A program made the translations under genes and the position numbers. Under the pieces are notes generated by a model. That model had not been told where the DNA came from and made no database searches. It saw only the letters and a program-made list of their open reading frames with translations. A stretch of 64,000 bases of DNA from assembly GCA_032691205.1 (NCBI GenBank), contig GCA_032691205.1_4541.1. One strand, 5' to 3'. This DNA comes from a phage. This document shows positions 19,014 through 28,184 of the stretch, in pieces. Each line of letters starts with the position of its first letter. Within the stretch, counting starts at the first letter, position 1.

Positions 19014-19074
19014 TTTTCTCTCCTTATCTGTGTTGATAATGTATGTATACCATACATAAAAGAAATGTCAAGGT

Positions 19075-19275
19075 TTATCGACACAGATAGTTGTAACGAT
19101 CCGCTTTATCCTCTGCTTCAGCAAAGTCAGCAATCAAGGAAGTTTTGAGTTCTTCCAACTCTTTCACCCAAGAGTCGTAATCGTTCTGTGTTTCTCCAAT
19201 AGTTTGGAGAAAACAATCGTCGTAGCCAATAGACATGGCTAACTCGATAATACGTTCCAGTTTTTCTTCCATCAC
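19075..19275 (-). CDS. hypothetical protein (66 aa)
   Basis: ORF track. Confidence 0.5.
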   Translation of the reverse strand: MMEEKLERIIELAMSIGYDDCFLQTIGETQNDYDSWVKELEELKTSLIADFAEAEDKADRYNYLCR

Positions 19276-19634
19276 TTCTCTCCTTCTACAGACTTCTGTT
19301 TAACATAAAAGTAAGCACCACGAGCAAGATACAAATCATGTTCAATATCGCTCACAGGAAAACCATCTGGATTTTTAAAACCGTCTTCTACAGCCAAAAT
19401 GAGAGATCGTAAACTGATAGCTAACAACTCCATTTGATCTTGTAGTTTTCTATTTTCTGCATAAAGGTTTTTGCATTTTTGTTCTGCATTTTTCCATTGT
19501 TCTAATGCATGATCATAGTTTCGCATAAGGATAGCTTTTTCTTGTTCACGTTTAAAAGTTTCTTCACAAATGAAACCCGTGCCTAAACCAGTTTCTTCAT
19601 CTTTGACAAATACTTCAACAAAATCTTTAGACAT
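19272..19634 (-). CDS. hypothetical protein (120 aa)
   Basis: Track ORF 19272-19754 trimmed to ATG 19634 (RBS AGGAG) to avoid overlap with 19636-19899. Confidence 0.5.
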   Translation of the reverse strand: MSKDFVEVFVKDEETGLGTGFICEETFKREQEKAILMRNYDHALEQWKNAEQKCKNLYAENRKLQDQMELLAISLRSLILAVEDGFKNPDGFPVSDIEHDLYLARGAYFYVKQKSVEGEK

Positions 19635-19635
19635 A

Positions 19636-19899
19636 TTATCTCCTATTTGCTTTTGGATACTCCCAGCCCTCTGGGAGATCTTCTTTACACATCCACTCAA
19701 AAGGCCAGCGACAATAACTGTGCCACTTCCCATCGAGATACAAGCAATCTTCATCTACTGGTCCACAAGGATTGATAACTACAACACACCCTTTTGCTCG
19801 CCAATACTGAACTATTTCGGGGTAAAAGCAAGAAACGTCGGTCCACTCCCAAATACGTTCATCATTCAAACGATATGCTGCTGGCAATGTTTCTTTCAT
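19636..19899 (-). CDS. hypothetical Cys/Trp-rich protein (87 aa)
   Basis: ORF track. Confidence 0.5.
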   Translation of the reverse strand: MKETLPAAYRLNDERIWEWTDVSCFYPEIVQYWRAKGCVVVINPCGPVDEDCLYLDGKWHSYCRWPFEWMCKEDLPEGWEYPKANRR

Positions 19900-19903
19900 A
19901 TTG

Positions 19904-20362
19904 TTAAACCTGAATCAAAGAGTCACGCCAATTACGGCTGTCTCCTTCTCCTAAATACCAACAATCTGCAACATTGATTACTTCATAAGGAATACGCCAA
20001 GCATGAACGAAATCTGGAATCTCTGGCTTATGACTGTAACCATAACGATCACCACTTGAATCTGTTGTAATATAATTAACAAATTCAGGAACATCTAGAG
20101 TTTCACCTTGATATTGCACACGCTTAAACCCTTCTTCTACCTCCTTTGGCAAACCTTCTACTAGACAAGCAAGAAGTTGAATGTGAGGACAAGTGAAGTC
20201 TTGTCCTGGATAACGTGAACGAATATCGTCTAACAATGCGATCACAGCATCTAATAATTCTTTATAATCCTCGTATCTTACAAATGTCCCTTCTGTAGGG
20301 TCATCTTTACATAGAGGCCAAGCATCACTCCAATTTACACCATAATGTTTAACTTTAGACAT
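19904..20362 (-). CDS. hypothetical protein (152 aa)
   Basis: ORF track. Confidence 0.6.
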   Translation of the reverse strand: MSKVKHYGVNWSDAWPLCKDDPTEGTFVRYEDYKELLDAVIALLDDIRSRYPGQDFTCPHIQLLACLVEGLPKEVEEGFKRVQYQGETLDVPEFVNYITTDSSGDRYGYSHKPEIPDFVHAWRIPYEVINVADCWYLGEGDSRNWRDSLIQV

Positions 20363-20449
20363 TTAAACTCCTATTCATAAACTAAGCTACCTAAAAGAAA
20401 TATACACACAGTGAAAAATATGATTTCGAACATCTTACGGTGAACTCTC

Positions 20450-20848
20450 TTAGTGTTGAGTACAATCAGCTTCTAGAGTAAGAACATTTGTTATTGTTTT
20501 ATCATTTTTAAGAAATGCAAACCAAGCTAAAGTGTCCCGATATTCTGTGCGTAGCATAACCACTTCAGTAGTGCCAATAAATTGTTGTGAACCGTACATA
20601 GCACTACCATCTTTACTTTTTTCTCCTGTGTATTGCAGAATGCCACTCATCAAAGCACCACCTGAATTTTTAAGGATAAAGGAGTTATCTTTATTAATGA
20701 CAACAGAAGCCATTTTCTTAGGACCAGAAATCACTTCACCTTTCAGATTTTTAACAACCACATCTGACACACACTCATAAACTTGAGACGCATTTGCTGT
20801 TCCAAGTGATGCAATGAGTAACAAGAAACCTACGATGATCTTTTTCAT
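20450..20848 (-). CDS. secreted/periplasmic protein with signal peptide (132 aa)
   Basis: N-terminus MKKIIVGFLLLIASLGTANA. Confidence 0.6.
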   Translation of the reverse strand: MKKIIVGFLLLIASLGTANASQVYECVSDVVVKNLKGEVISGPKKMASVVINKDNSFILKNSGGALMSGILQYTGEKSKDGSAMYGSQQFIGTTEVVMLRTEYRDTLAWFAFLKNDKTITNVLTLEADCTQH

Positions 20849-20943
20849 ATAAACTCTCCTCTTTATTTACCCGACGCGCCCCTGTTGGGCGGAAAGGGTT
20901 GTACGCAAAATTTTTAGCTCCAATCGTCGGGTGTCCCGACTCC

Positions 20944-21150
20944 TTACGCTTTTAATGTTTTAACAGAATGACAAGCTTTGCAAACAATAACCGGAACAAG
21001 TTCATCTCCATTATCCGCATAAATCACTGTTTTCTTCATTTCGCCACCGCATGAACAATACTCTGTATGATCCGCAGGAATATTAAATATTCCGTAATCA
21101 CTTTCATACTGTTTCTTACATATGGACACTGCTTTCGTAAAACAAGACAT
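20944..21150 (-). CDS. small Cys-rich protein (68 aa)
   Basis: ORF track; CSCGG and CKACH. Confidence 0.5.
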   Translation of the reverse strand: MSCFTKAVSICKKQYESDYGIFNIPADHTEYCSCGGEMKKTVIYADNGDELVPVIVCKACHSVKTLKA

Positions 21151-21152
21151 GC

Positions 21153-21374
21153 CTACTCCGCAAGAACATTCACTTCGTCAGAGAAGAATACGTAATCACA
21201 ACCTTCCCAAACATCTTCTTCAAACCACTCCCATCCCTCAACTTTGGACATTTCTTCTATCGTAACAAAGAATGTTGTCATATCATCGCTAACAAGATGT
21301 GCTTCAACAACAAAAGGAATCTGAACATTCTCAAAACCAACATAACCCAATACATCACAAACTCTAATTTTCAT
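21153..21374 (-). CDS. paralog family B member (EWFxE...DYVFF)
   Basis: ORF track; similar to 25461-25691. Confidence 0.5.
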   Translation of the reverse strand: MKIRVCDVLGYVGFENVQIPFVVEAHLVSDDMTTFFVTIEEMSKVEGWEWFEEDVWEGCDYVFFSDEVNVLAE

Positions 21375-21375
21375 A

Positions 21376-21576
21376 TTATGCTCCTTTGTAGATTATGTTG
21401 GTGCGTTCACACTCTGCTACCAGCAAGCGATTAGCAATGTTGTCCATAGGAACATCAATCTCTACGCTCCAGGCATTGATATACACTTCTTCAATCTTTG
21501 CTCCAAGCATTTGTGCGATCAAAGCAACAGCCCCAGCATATTCAAGTTTAATCTCAATTACCATTTTGCACCTCAA
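21376..21576 (-). CDS. hypothetical protein (66 aa)
   Basis: ORF track. Confidence 0.5.
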   Translation of the reverse strand: MRCKMVIEIKLEYAGAVALIAQMLGAKIEEVYINAWSVEIDVPMDNIANRLLVAECERTNIIYKGA

Positions 21577-21578
21577 GG

Positions 21579-21779
21579 TTATTTATCTTGCTTGTATCTT
21601 ACAAGGCGATCACACTCCAGGTCAAGAAATTTCTCCGCATTTCGTTCATGTTTGAGCACAATACATTGTTCTTTCCAGTCTGTAGCTCTTTGCTGCGCTG
21701 CTCCTGGGTCAAAATCCCAAAGCCATGCCGCGAAAAGAACAACCATAACAATTACCAAGAAACTAAACACTATTGGCAT
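21579..21779 (-). CDS. small membrane protein (66 aa)
   Basis: Track ORF trimmed to ATG 21779 after AGGAGG; one hydrophobic helix. Confidence 0.5.
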   Translation of the reverse strand: MPIVFSFLVIVMVVLFAAWLWDFDPGAAQQRATDWKEQCIVLKHERNAEKFLDLECDRLVRYKQDK

Positions 21780-22084
21780 TGCACATCCTCCTGTGTAGCA
21801 TGATCTTTTACCCATTTTATACGGGCAGCATTCAAATGCAATAGCCCGTTTCTTTGTGCAAAATCATATTTAAACCAGTCTCCGTCATCAAACGGGTATT
21901 CTTCAGACAACCCTGCTTCGCGGAATTGCATTTGCATTTCATAATTTAGATCATCATAGCCACCAGACCAAAGATAGAGGCAACTGCACAAACCTTTATC
22001 ATGCCAGAAAGGATTATTATCTGGAGCACCAGCTAACAGCCAATTATGATAGGCTTGATAAAATTCTTTAAGTTCCTCTGACAT
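21770..22084 (-). CDS. paralog family A member
   Basis: ORF track; FY..W, GLC, PF, WVKD motifs. Confidence 0.6.
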   Translation of the reverse strand: MSEELKEFYQAYHNWLLAGAPDNNPFWHDKGLCSCLYLWSGGYDDLNYEMQMQFREAGLSEEYPFDDGDWFKYDFAQRNGLLHLNAARIKWVKDHATQEDVQCQ

Positions 22085-22282
22085 TTAGCCTCCCGTATGC
22101 AGTGTTGAAAGATACACAGCAAAAGCATTCTCGGCTGTTTTCACCTCCTCTTCAAGATCTTCACGCTCTGCTGGCGTTAGCGCATTTCGCACAGCAGCGT
22201 CTGCTTCTCGGATTTTTCTTACTAAACGTGAAACATCTTTCAGTTGTTGAAAAGTAGCCATAATCTTTCTCCTTTTAGTCAA
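22085..22282 (-). CDS. hypothetical protein (65 aa)
   Basis: ORF track. Confidence 0.5.
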   Translation of the reverse strand: MTKRRKIMATFQQLKDVSRLVRKIREADAAVRNALTPAEREDLEEEVKTAENAFAVYLSTLHTGG

Positions 22283-22508
22283 ACCAGTTGTATTCAGAAG
22301 GGTAACGAGCGTAGTTTGGCTTGTACCCCAGCCTTTTCATCTTAACAGACATACGAGTGAAGCCAAAGGTTGTTTTGCCCTTAGACATAAACTTCTTCCC
22401 ACTCTTCATTGGCTTCTTAGGATTTTTGATCGTCTGGTGTAACGCTCGCGCAAGCCACAAAGTGTATGCACTCGGTACCTGATTAACTTTCATCTTGTTA
22501 CCTTTCAT
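22275..22508 (-). CDS. basic hypothetical protein (77 aa)
   Basis: Track ORF trimmed to ATG 22508 after AAGGAGGT. Confidence 0.5.
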   Translation of the reverse strand: MKGNKMKVNQVPSAYTLWLARALHQTIKNPKKPMKSGKKFMSKGKTTFGFTRMSVKMKRLGYKPNYARYPSEYNWFD

Positions 22509-22518
22509 CGATACCTCC

Positions 22519-22746
22519 TTAGTGAACTTCGTGCCAAGTGCCAAACTCTTCTGCTGATACTTTAGGAACGGCATGAGTTTCTCGGTATTTGTTTAAAGCT
22601 TTCTCAACGGCTGTAGCAAAAATATCTTGAGATTTGTGAGGCATATAATAAGCGCGTCCCATATATGCCAGTGCATCACGTAATTCTTCTGCTTGCTCTT
22701 GTGTAACTGTCAATGTGATAGTAACCATTATTTCACCTCCGACCAA
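22519..22746 (-). CDS. hypothetical protein (75 aa)
   Basis: ORF track. Confidence 0.5.
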   Translation of the reverse strand: MVGGEIMVTITLTVTQEQAEELRDALAYMGRAYYMPHKSQDIFATAVEKALNKYRETHAVPKVSAEEFGTWHEVH

Positions 22747-23027
22747 TCAATAGTGATCCACTCGTATGCCCCGTTCAAATCCATTTCTTTATAAACAATA
22801 AGCCCACGCTCACGAAGAATTGCTACTGCTTCATCCATCCATTTCACCTGATTGTAGATTTCCCCTGGGTGGGTAGGGGAATTATCCAGACCAAAATCAG
22901 ATGGCGTGAAATTTCTTGAAGAGTTTCCCGCTCGTGCTTCAGCAAAACATGTCTCGATCACTTCTTCAACAGGGAAGTTGAAGGAAGCTTCTTTTGCAAT
23001 ACGGCGTAACTGTTCGGTCAGATTCAT
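22728..23027 (-). CDS. hypothetical protein (99 aa)
   Basis: ORF track. Confidence 0.55.
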   Translation of the reverse strand: MNLTEQLRRIAKEASFNFPVEEVIETCFAEARAGNSSRNFTPSDFGLDNSPTHPGEIYNQVKWMDEAVAILRERGLIVYKEMDLNGAYEWITIDWSEVK

Positions 23028-23054
23028 TTTATTCTCCTTTCGATGTGCGAAACA

Positions 23055-23492
23055 TTATAACAGATCTAATGCTTTCAACTCTTCTTTCAATGATTCAGGC
23101 AGGTCACATTCAATGTCAATCAGAGATAACAAGTGACCAACAATGCCTTCCAGATGTTGATACTCACTATAACTTATAAATTCAGAATTGTAAACAGAAA
23201 CATCCTTAGTTTCTTTCACAACTTCCCCCGCAGACACGCACATAAAAAAGTTACGCTCTCCGCGAGCTAACAATATCTCCCAACTCCTGAACGGATACTG
23301 TCCAGCTTCAATAATATCCCCGCTGTCCAATAAAGTCAATGAGCAAACAGACCCTGATTCACTAACATCTTCGACGCGGAAACAAGACCCTTCAATCAAA
23401 GCTGCCATTTTGAAATTTTCATCAGAGATCATAGAGAAAGCTTCACATGCAGCTTTGCTTTTGAAACAGTAAACAGCATTAACTTTGAACAT
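23055..23492 (-). CDS. paralog family C member (MFKV..VY.F N-terminus)
   Basis: ORF track; tandem with two related ORFs. Confidence 0.6.
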   Translation of the reverse strand: MFKVNAVYCFKSKAACEAFSMISDENFKMAALIEGSCFRVEDVSESGSVCSLTLLDSGDIIEAGQYPFRSWEILLARGERNFFMCVSAGEVVKETKDVSVYNSEFISYSEYQHLEGIVGHLLSLIDIECDLPESLKEELKALDLL

Positions 23493-23501
23493 AATAGCTC
23501 C

Positions 23502-24287
23502 TTATTTTATTACCGCAGTAGGCTCAATACTAACAACACCAATACGCTCATAGATCTCAACAGTAGAAATTGGGTATTCTTCCTTCATCTTTTTTGCTTC
23601 TGTGGCGATCTCTTCGTAAGAATGTGACACCAGTTGGACATTCATACCTTTAACAATAGCATAGTGTTTAAAATTCTCTGCGGGTTCCTCTTGTTTAGGC
23701 TCAACAGCATCTTTAATATTTTTAAAGTAAGGGTTATCGCTTTTGATTAGCAGTGCACAAGCTTCCTTGAACCAGCCTTCACCTGCTACATGATTTGTAT
23801 TACATACAAGCCTACGGATTGCTGTTACATCTTGTCCAACCATCTTTGTGATCACGAAAGGATCATCGCCAATAAGATCGGAAATTTTTCGGTTTACATT
23901 GTTTGTCGTTTGTCCGCCGTCAATATAATTGGCGAAAAGCTTACGATCTTGTTCACTTGCAAACTTATAGACACCACCTTCTACAAAGACACAGCCTCCT
24001 GTAGGAGAATCTTCATAATCTTCAGGAGTATGTTCTTCAAAACGAGTATAATCCATACAACTTACAAGCTTATAACCTTCAGGGAAAAGCCCAGAACCAG
24101 CTTCGATGATTTTATTTGTGTCTAATACCTTCACCTTAGATACAGAACCAAGAAAATCAACATCCAAAACTTTAAACTTGCTATCTTGAATGCAACCTAC
24201 AAAGAAAGCGTTACCAATACTAGCTTTACCAAAATTCTTTTTGGTATCTTCCGATTTGAAATTATAAACAAAACCTACTTTAAACAT
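23502..24287 (-). CDS. paralog family C member (261 aa)
   Basis: ORF track; N- and C-terminal similarity to 24300-24758. Confidence 0.6.
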   Translation of the reverse strand: MFKVGFVYNFKSEDTKKNFGKASIGNAFFVGCIQDSKFKVLDVDFLGSVSKVKVLDTNKIIEAGSGLFPEGYKLVSCMDYTRFEEHTPEDYEDSPTGGCVFVEGGVYKFASEQDRKLFANYIDGGQTTNNVNRKISDLIGDDPFVITKMVGQDVTAIRRLVCNTNHVAGEGWFKEACALLIKSDNPYFKNIKDAVEPKQEEPAENFKHYAIVKGMNVQLVSHSYEEIATEAKKMKEEYPISTVEIYERIGVVSIEPTAVIK

Positions 24288-24299
24288 AACATTCTCCTT

Positions 24300-24758
24300 T
24301 TAAACAAAAGATACACCGATGGTAGCAACAACCATACGTTTATAAACTTCAACCTCTTCTGTAGGATTAGCCATTTTATGCTCTGCGGCTTCTTTCAAAG
24401 CTTCTTCATAACTTTCAAATCCAGAAATACAGGTGTCATCAGTCATTACAACATACCACTCTTCTTTTGTTGTATCAACAGGTTCTTCTTGGGGTTTTCC
24501 ACGACCACCACGAACACCACCGTCAACAAAATAATCTATATGAGCAGAATTGATTATGTAACGATCCCCTTCACCAGCAGTGATAATACCATCTCTCATA
24601 CCTATTACAACCATTGACAAGATATTACCATTTGCATCAGTGCTCAACACCTCGAAAAAATTCTCTCCAATGATAGCCGCAATACTGCTATCAAAGGTAG
24701 AATATAGTCGCATATAATCCTCATCCTGGAAACGGTAGACATGACCTTCTTTAAACAT
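24300..24758 (-). CDS. paralog family C member (152 aa)
   Basis: ORF track. Confidence 0.6.
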   Translation of the reverse strand: MFKEGHVYRFQDEDYMRLYSTFDSSIAAIIGENFFEVLSTDANGNILSMVVIGMRDGIITAGEGDRYIINSAHIDYFVDGGVRGGRGKPQEEPVDTTKEEWYVVMTDDTCISGFESYEEALKEAAEHKMANPTEEVEVYKRMVVATIGVSFV

Positions 24759-25212
24759 TGCTCTCTCCTCCTAACTCATCATACCATTTCAAAGCGTCTT
24801 TTGGAAGCATACCAAAATCTTCTTTTAGTTCTTTTTCAATCTCTTCTTGCATTTCCATCAGCGTTTTCAGTTGACGGACTTTTTTGTGCATAGCCACATT
24901 CCTTTCATTAAGGTTTGTCACTACATTATTTGTACGACTCGGTGGAAATGACAAAGGTTTCACGGGAAGATAATCTTCGATATTATCTAGTGCGTTACGA
25001 AAATTATGATCCAAGAAACGCACATCTACACGATTGTAATCAGCAGCTACAACAGTGAACACTTTAAACGGCACATTGGATAAAGTATGTTGCACACAGA
25101 CAGTACCCATATTACCTTCAATTTTACTGGTAACTTCCAGCAAACCTGTATGAGCACTAACATAATCGTGAACACATTGCACATAAGCTGCCAGTATAGT
25201 GAATTGTCTCAT
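24751..25212 (-). CDS. hypothetical protein (153 aa)
   Basis: ORF track. Confidence 0.55.
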   Translation of the reverse strand: MRQFTILAAYVQCVHDYVSAHTGLLEVTSKIEGNMGTVCVQHTLSNVPFKVFTVVAADYNRVDVRFLDHNFRNALDNIEDYLPVKPLSFPPSRTNNVVTNLNERNVAMHKKVRQLKTLMEMQEEIEKELKEDFGMLPKDALKWYDELGGESNV

Positions 25213-25457
25213 TTTCTACCTCCCCATAATGCTAACATTTTATTGAAAATGGAAACGCGTCGTGCGCGAGATGCCATATCATAATTCATTCTTTCCGTCT
25301 CTGCAAGAAATTGATCTACTGTAATCAACGCTTCTGTCTTCTCTTTCAGAGTTTGCATATTCATCCATTCACATTCAGAGTACCAATTATCGAAATACAA
25401 ACTATCGAGAAGATCCATTGCTGCTTCATTCTGTTGTGGTGTGATCATTGCACACAA
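25209..25457 (-). CDS. hypothetical protein (82 aa)
   Basis: ORF track. Confidence 0.5.
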   Translation of the reverse strand: MCAMITPQQNEAAMDLLDSLYFDNWYSECEWMNMQTLKEKTEALITVDQFLAETERMNYDMASRARRVSIFNKMLALWGGRK

Positions 25458-25460
25458 CCT

Positions 25461-25691
25461 TTAATAGACAATTTCATATTCGTGAGGAAAGAAAACATAA
25501 TCTTCCCCTTCTCGTGCATCTATCTCGTCCCAAAACCATTCCTGCACTTCCATCATCTTCGAGAATCGCACATGAGCAAGCCCACTGTATTCCACAGTAG
25601 CTTCCAACACAAGTGGAAATTTTGCATGTGCCAATCCTTTATAACCACCATCATTCTCAATACGAATTTTCATGCGTTTCATGTTATGCAT
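25461..25691 (-). CDS. paralog family B member
   Basis: ORF track; EWFWDE..DYVFF. Confidence 0.5.
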   Translation of the reverse strand: MHNMKRMKIRIENDGGYKGLAHAKFPLVLEATVEYSGLAHVRFSKMMEVQEWFWDEIDAREGEDYVFFPHEYEIVY

Positions 25692-25893
25692 CCTTCAGAC
25701 CCTTAATAAAGTAACGACCAACCGGATTCCCTCGGAAGTATTCGTTAATGAAATCGATAACACACGTTTCACTGCCTGTCACAACGGACGGCTTAAAGTT
25801 TTGGAATTCTACAACTACACGGCTGGCTTTAGCCAGTGCTTGCACACGTGTAGGATCAGTCAAGAACATTGTGACAGTTTTCAAATTCTTCAT
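25684..25893 (-). CDS. hypothetical protein (69 aa)
   Basis: ORF track. Confidence 0.5.
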   Translation of the reverse strand: MKNLKTVTMFLTDPTRVQALAKASRVVVEFQNFKPSVVTGSETCVIDFINEYFRGNPVGRYFIKGLKDA

Positions 25894-25942
25894 TTCATCT
25901 CCTCATTGGCTATCTGTTATGTCATCCATTATACAAACATCT

Positions 25943-26311
25943 TTATTCAATGCAAGCATTATTTGCATCTTCAATCCGATCTTTCACCCACTGAAGACGT
26001 AACGTGTTGGTATGACACGCCAAGTTTATACACTCTGAAAGGTAATCCATGCAATCCACATTGAACGGAAGATTGTAGTCCAGCCCTGCACATGTAAATT
26101 GTTTCCTCATTTCATATTTCAAACGGTCCAACAAATGATCACGCCATTTTCTATCTTCTTCTCTAGGTGTATCACCAACAAAATCATCTACATAATCTAC
26201 CAGACAACCACATAAGCCACTCGTTGTGCGATTCATTGCAGGATAGTTGGCAATCCATGCTTTATAGAAGCGAAGCAATGTTGCACTGCTCAACGGAATA
26301 CTATTTGTCAT
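25943..26311 (-). CDS. paralog family A member
   Basis: Track ORF trimmed to ATG 26311 after AAGGAGAG; GLC, PFN, WVKDR. Confidence 0.6.
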   Translation of the reverse strand: MTNSIPLSSATLLRFYKAWIANYPAMNRTTSGLCGCLVDYVDDFVGDTPREEDRKWRDHLLDRLKYEMRKQFTCAGLDYNLPFNVDCMDYLSECINLACHTNTLRLQWVKDRIEDANNACIE

Positions 26312-26645
26312 CTTTCTCTCCTTCATAATCTTGAATTCTATCTAGCACCCATTGTATACGATGTTTGTTTTTATGGCAAATATGTTTTTTATGTTCAAAG
26401 GTGTATTCCTCATAACCACCTTCATTAAACGGGAAATTGTAATCCAATCCTGCACCAATAAACTGTGATTTCATCTCCTGTTGTAGACGAGGTAACAGTT
26501 CATCAGGATATGTTCCCTCTACATACTTAATCAAACATATGCACAAGCCACTCGTTGTGTGACCTTCTACCTCACCAGCAAGCCAAGCTTTGTAAAACTT
26601 CATTAGACGTAAACTACTTAACGGAACATTTTTACTCTCTTGCAT
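26301..26645 (-). CDS. paralog family A member
   Basis: ORF track; FYKAW, GLC, PFN, WVLDR. Confidence 0.6.
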   Translation of the reverse strand: MQESKNVPLSSLRLMKFYKAWLAGEVEGHTTSGLCICLIKYVEGTYPDELLPRLQQEMKSQFIGAGLDYNFPFNEGGYEEYTFEHKKHICHKNKHRIQWVLDRIQDYEGEKDDK

Positions 26646-26985
26646 GACAATCTCCTCTCATCGTTAGCCATCTTTCATGGCAATCATCAATCACCAACAT
26701 CATACGATCAATCTTAAGGAATTACAATCGAATTATCATAGGGGATTCCTATCAATTATCCCATATATACCGATTATTTTTGACACCCCCACTCTTGTAT
26801 AAAAAGTAACCCAAAATATCTACGGGGAGAGATTATTTCGACACACCCTGTTTCATGGCAATCATGGCAAGAATATCTAATAGAATCAATATGATATGGC
26901 AAAAATCATGGCGCATACGTAAGAAGTGCTTAACGCGAATTTTCGGGCCGTCAGGTCCACGCAGCGACAATTCCCAAATATCATG

Positions 26986-27008
26986 CGAATGAGAATAATT
27001 ATCATTCG
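26986..27008. promoter_or_regulatory. Fur-box-like palindrome (candidate operator)
   Basis: cgaatgagaataattatcattcg, near-palindromic. Confidence 0.3.
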
Positions 27009-27338
27009 TATTCAATGACTTATGCAAGGCTCATGCCAACATAGCGACAAGGTGGGCCACCTGATTATAAATCACACAAACACTTATTTATCAATGGCTT
27101 GGCAACTTCATCATATGACGGAACAATGTCAACTGATCCCGCTCATGACAAGCAGACTATTATTTATATGAGAATGATTATTATTTAAACGTTTATTAAC
27201 ATAAAAACTAAAATAAATCAAGATTATTCTGATTTTATTTACGTTTAAGAGAAGGTGCTCAACATATCGCGTAGCGATAGTATTCGCCCCCAAAATTATT
27301 GACTTTTATTCTATTATGTGCATAGTGTGCAATGTATC

Positions 27339-27357
27339 GGAATGATGATAATCATCC
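27339..27357. promoter_or_regulatory. Fur-box-like palindrome (candidate operator)
   Basis: ggaatgatgataatcatcc. Confidence 0.3.
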
Positions 27358-27400
27358 TCCCATTGCCCCCATAATTATTGCCATGCTAATTGTTTCCTTA

Positions 27401-27423
27401 CATAATCATTACAATGATTATTG
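27401..27423. promoter_or_regulatory. inverted repeat ATAATCATT/AATGATTAT
   Basis: cataatcattacaatgattattg. Confidence 0.3.
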
Positions 27424-27901
27424 TTATTGCGCTAATGTTATGATCTTGGTAATTACATATAATGCTAATAATAAGCCAGCGCAATAAGTGTAAGCGTCAT
27501 TACGCTTGCAATTATTGCAAGCTACGCAGTAACAAGAAATAACCGTCACCGATGGTTATGATTGTTGGGGTGTAGTTGGCTTATTATTAGCTCGCTATGT
27601 GTCCGGCATAGCGTGCTAATGATGACTCTGTGAATGATTCGTTTTGTAATGATTTCATTCAGGCACTATTTTGCTAATAGTTATTATTTTAATGGTTTCG
27701 TTTGTTATTGTTCGTTAGTTGGTTGTTTTGTCGTGTTATCGTTATCTTGCTTAGTATTCATCATGGTTCGATTGTTTGTCGTTATCAATCATCTTGCTAT
27801 TATTCCTTTGATTATGATTAGTTTGCTTATTGTTTTATGTTGTTTGTTGGTTAGTTGTTGCGAACTATTATCAACATTATAATTATGCGCTTATATTGCA
27901 T

Positions 27902-27937
27902 AGATAATCATGGGTAGATGATAATGGTTATCATTGC
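27902..27937. promoter_or_regulatory. tandem Fur-box-like sites
   Basis: agataatcatgggtagatgataatggttatcattgc. Confidence 0.3.
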
Positions 27938-28142
27938 ACTAGAAAGGAGGTAAAAGGGTGTTTTTGATGGTTTGTTGTTGGTTGTTGATCGATTTTAACC
28001 GCTCTAAATGGCTCTCTAACAGCCTGTAACCCTGGGAGGTATGGTTATTCGTTTGCTGGTTGATTAGCTCGATACCGCAATTTATTCAGTTTTGTTCTGT
28101 GTCGGTTTTCCATAGGCGGAATCTATCAACATTGTTCGGGGC

Positions 28143-28169
28143 AAAAAGAAAGGGCGCTCGGTGCGCCCC
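28143..28169 (-). terminator. rho-independent terminator (minus strand)
   Basis: gggcgctcggtgcgccc hairpin; U-rich tract on minus strand. Confidence 0.6.
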
Positions 28170-28184
28170 TTGTTTTGTTGTCGA

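Larger units (their letters stand above)
26646..28142. other. 1.5-kb noncoding region: AT-rich palindromes plus GT-rich strand-skewed tract
   Basis: No credible ORF on either strand; repeated ATGATAAT/ATTATCAT palindromes; 27640-27900 plus strand almost only G and T. Confidence 0.55.

Noticed and set aside
27634-27882. Plus-strand ORF (82 aa) in the ORF track
   Set aside because: Translation is low-complexity (runs of L, V, C, F) and arises from the GT-rich tract; no RBS; treated as noncoding.
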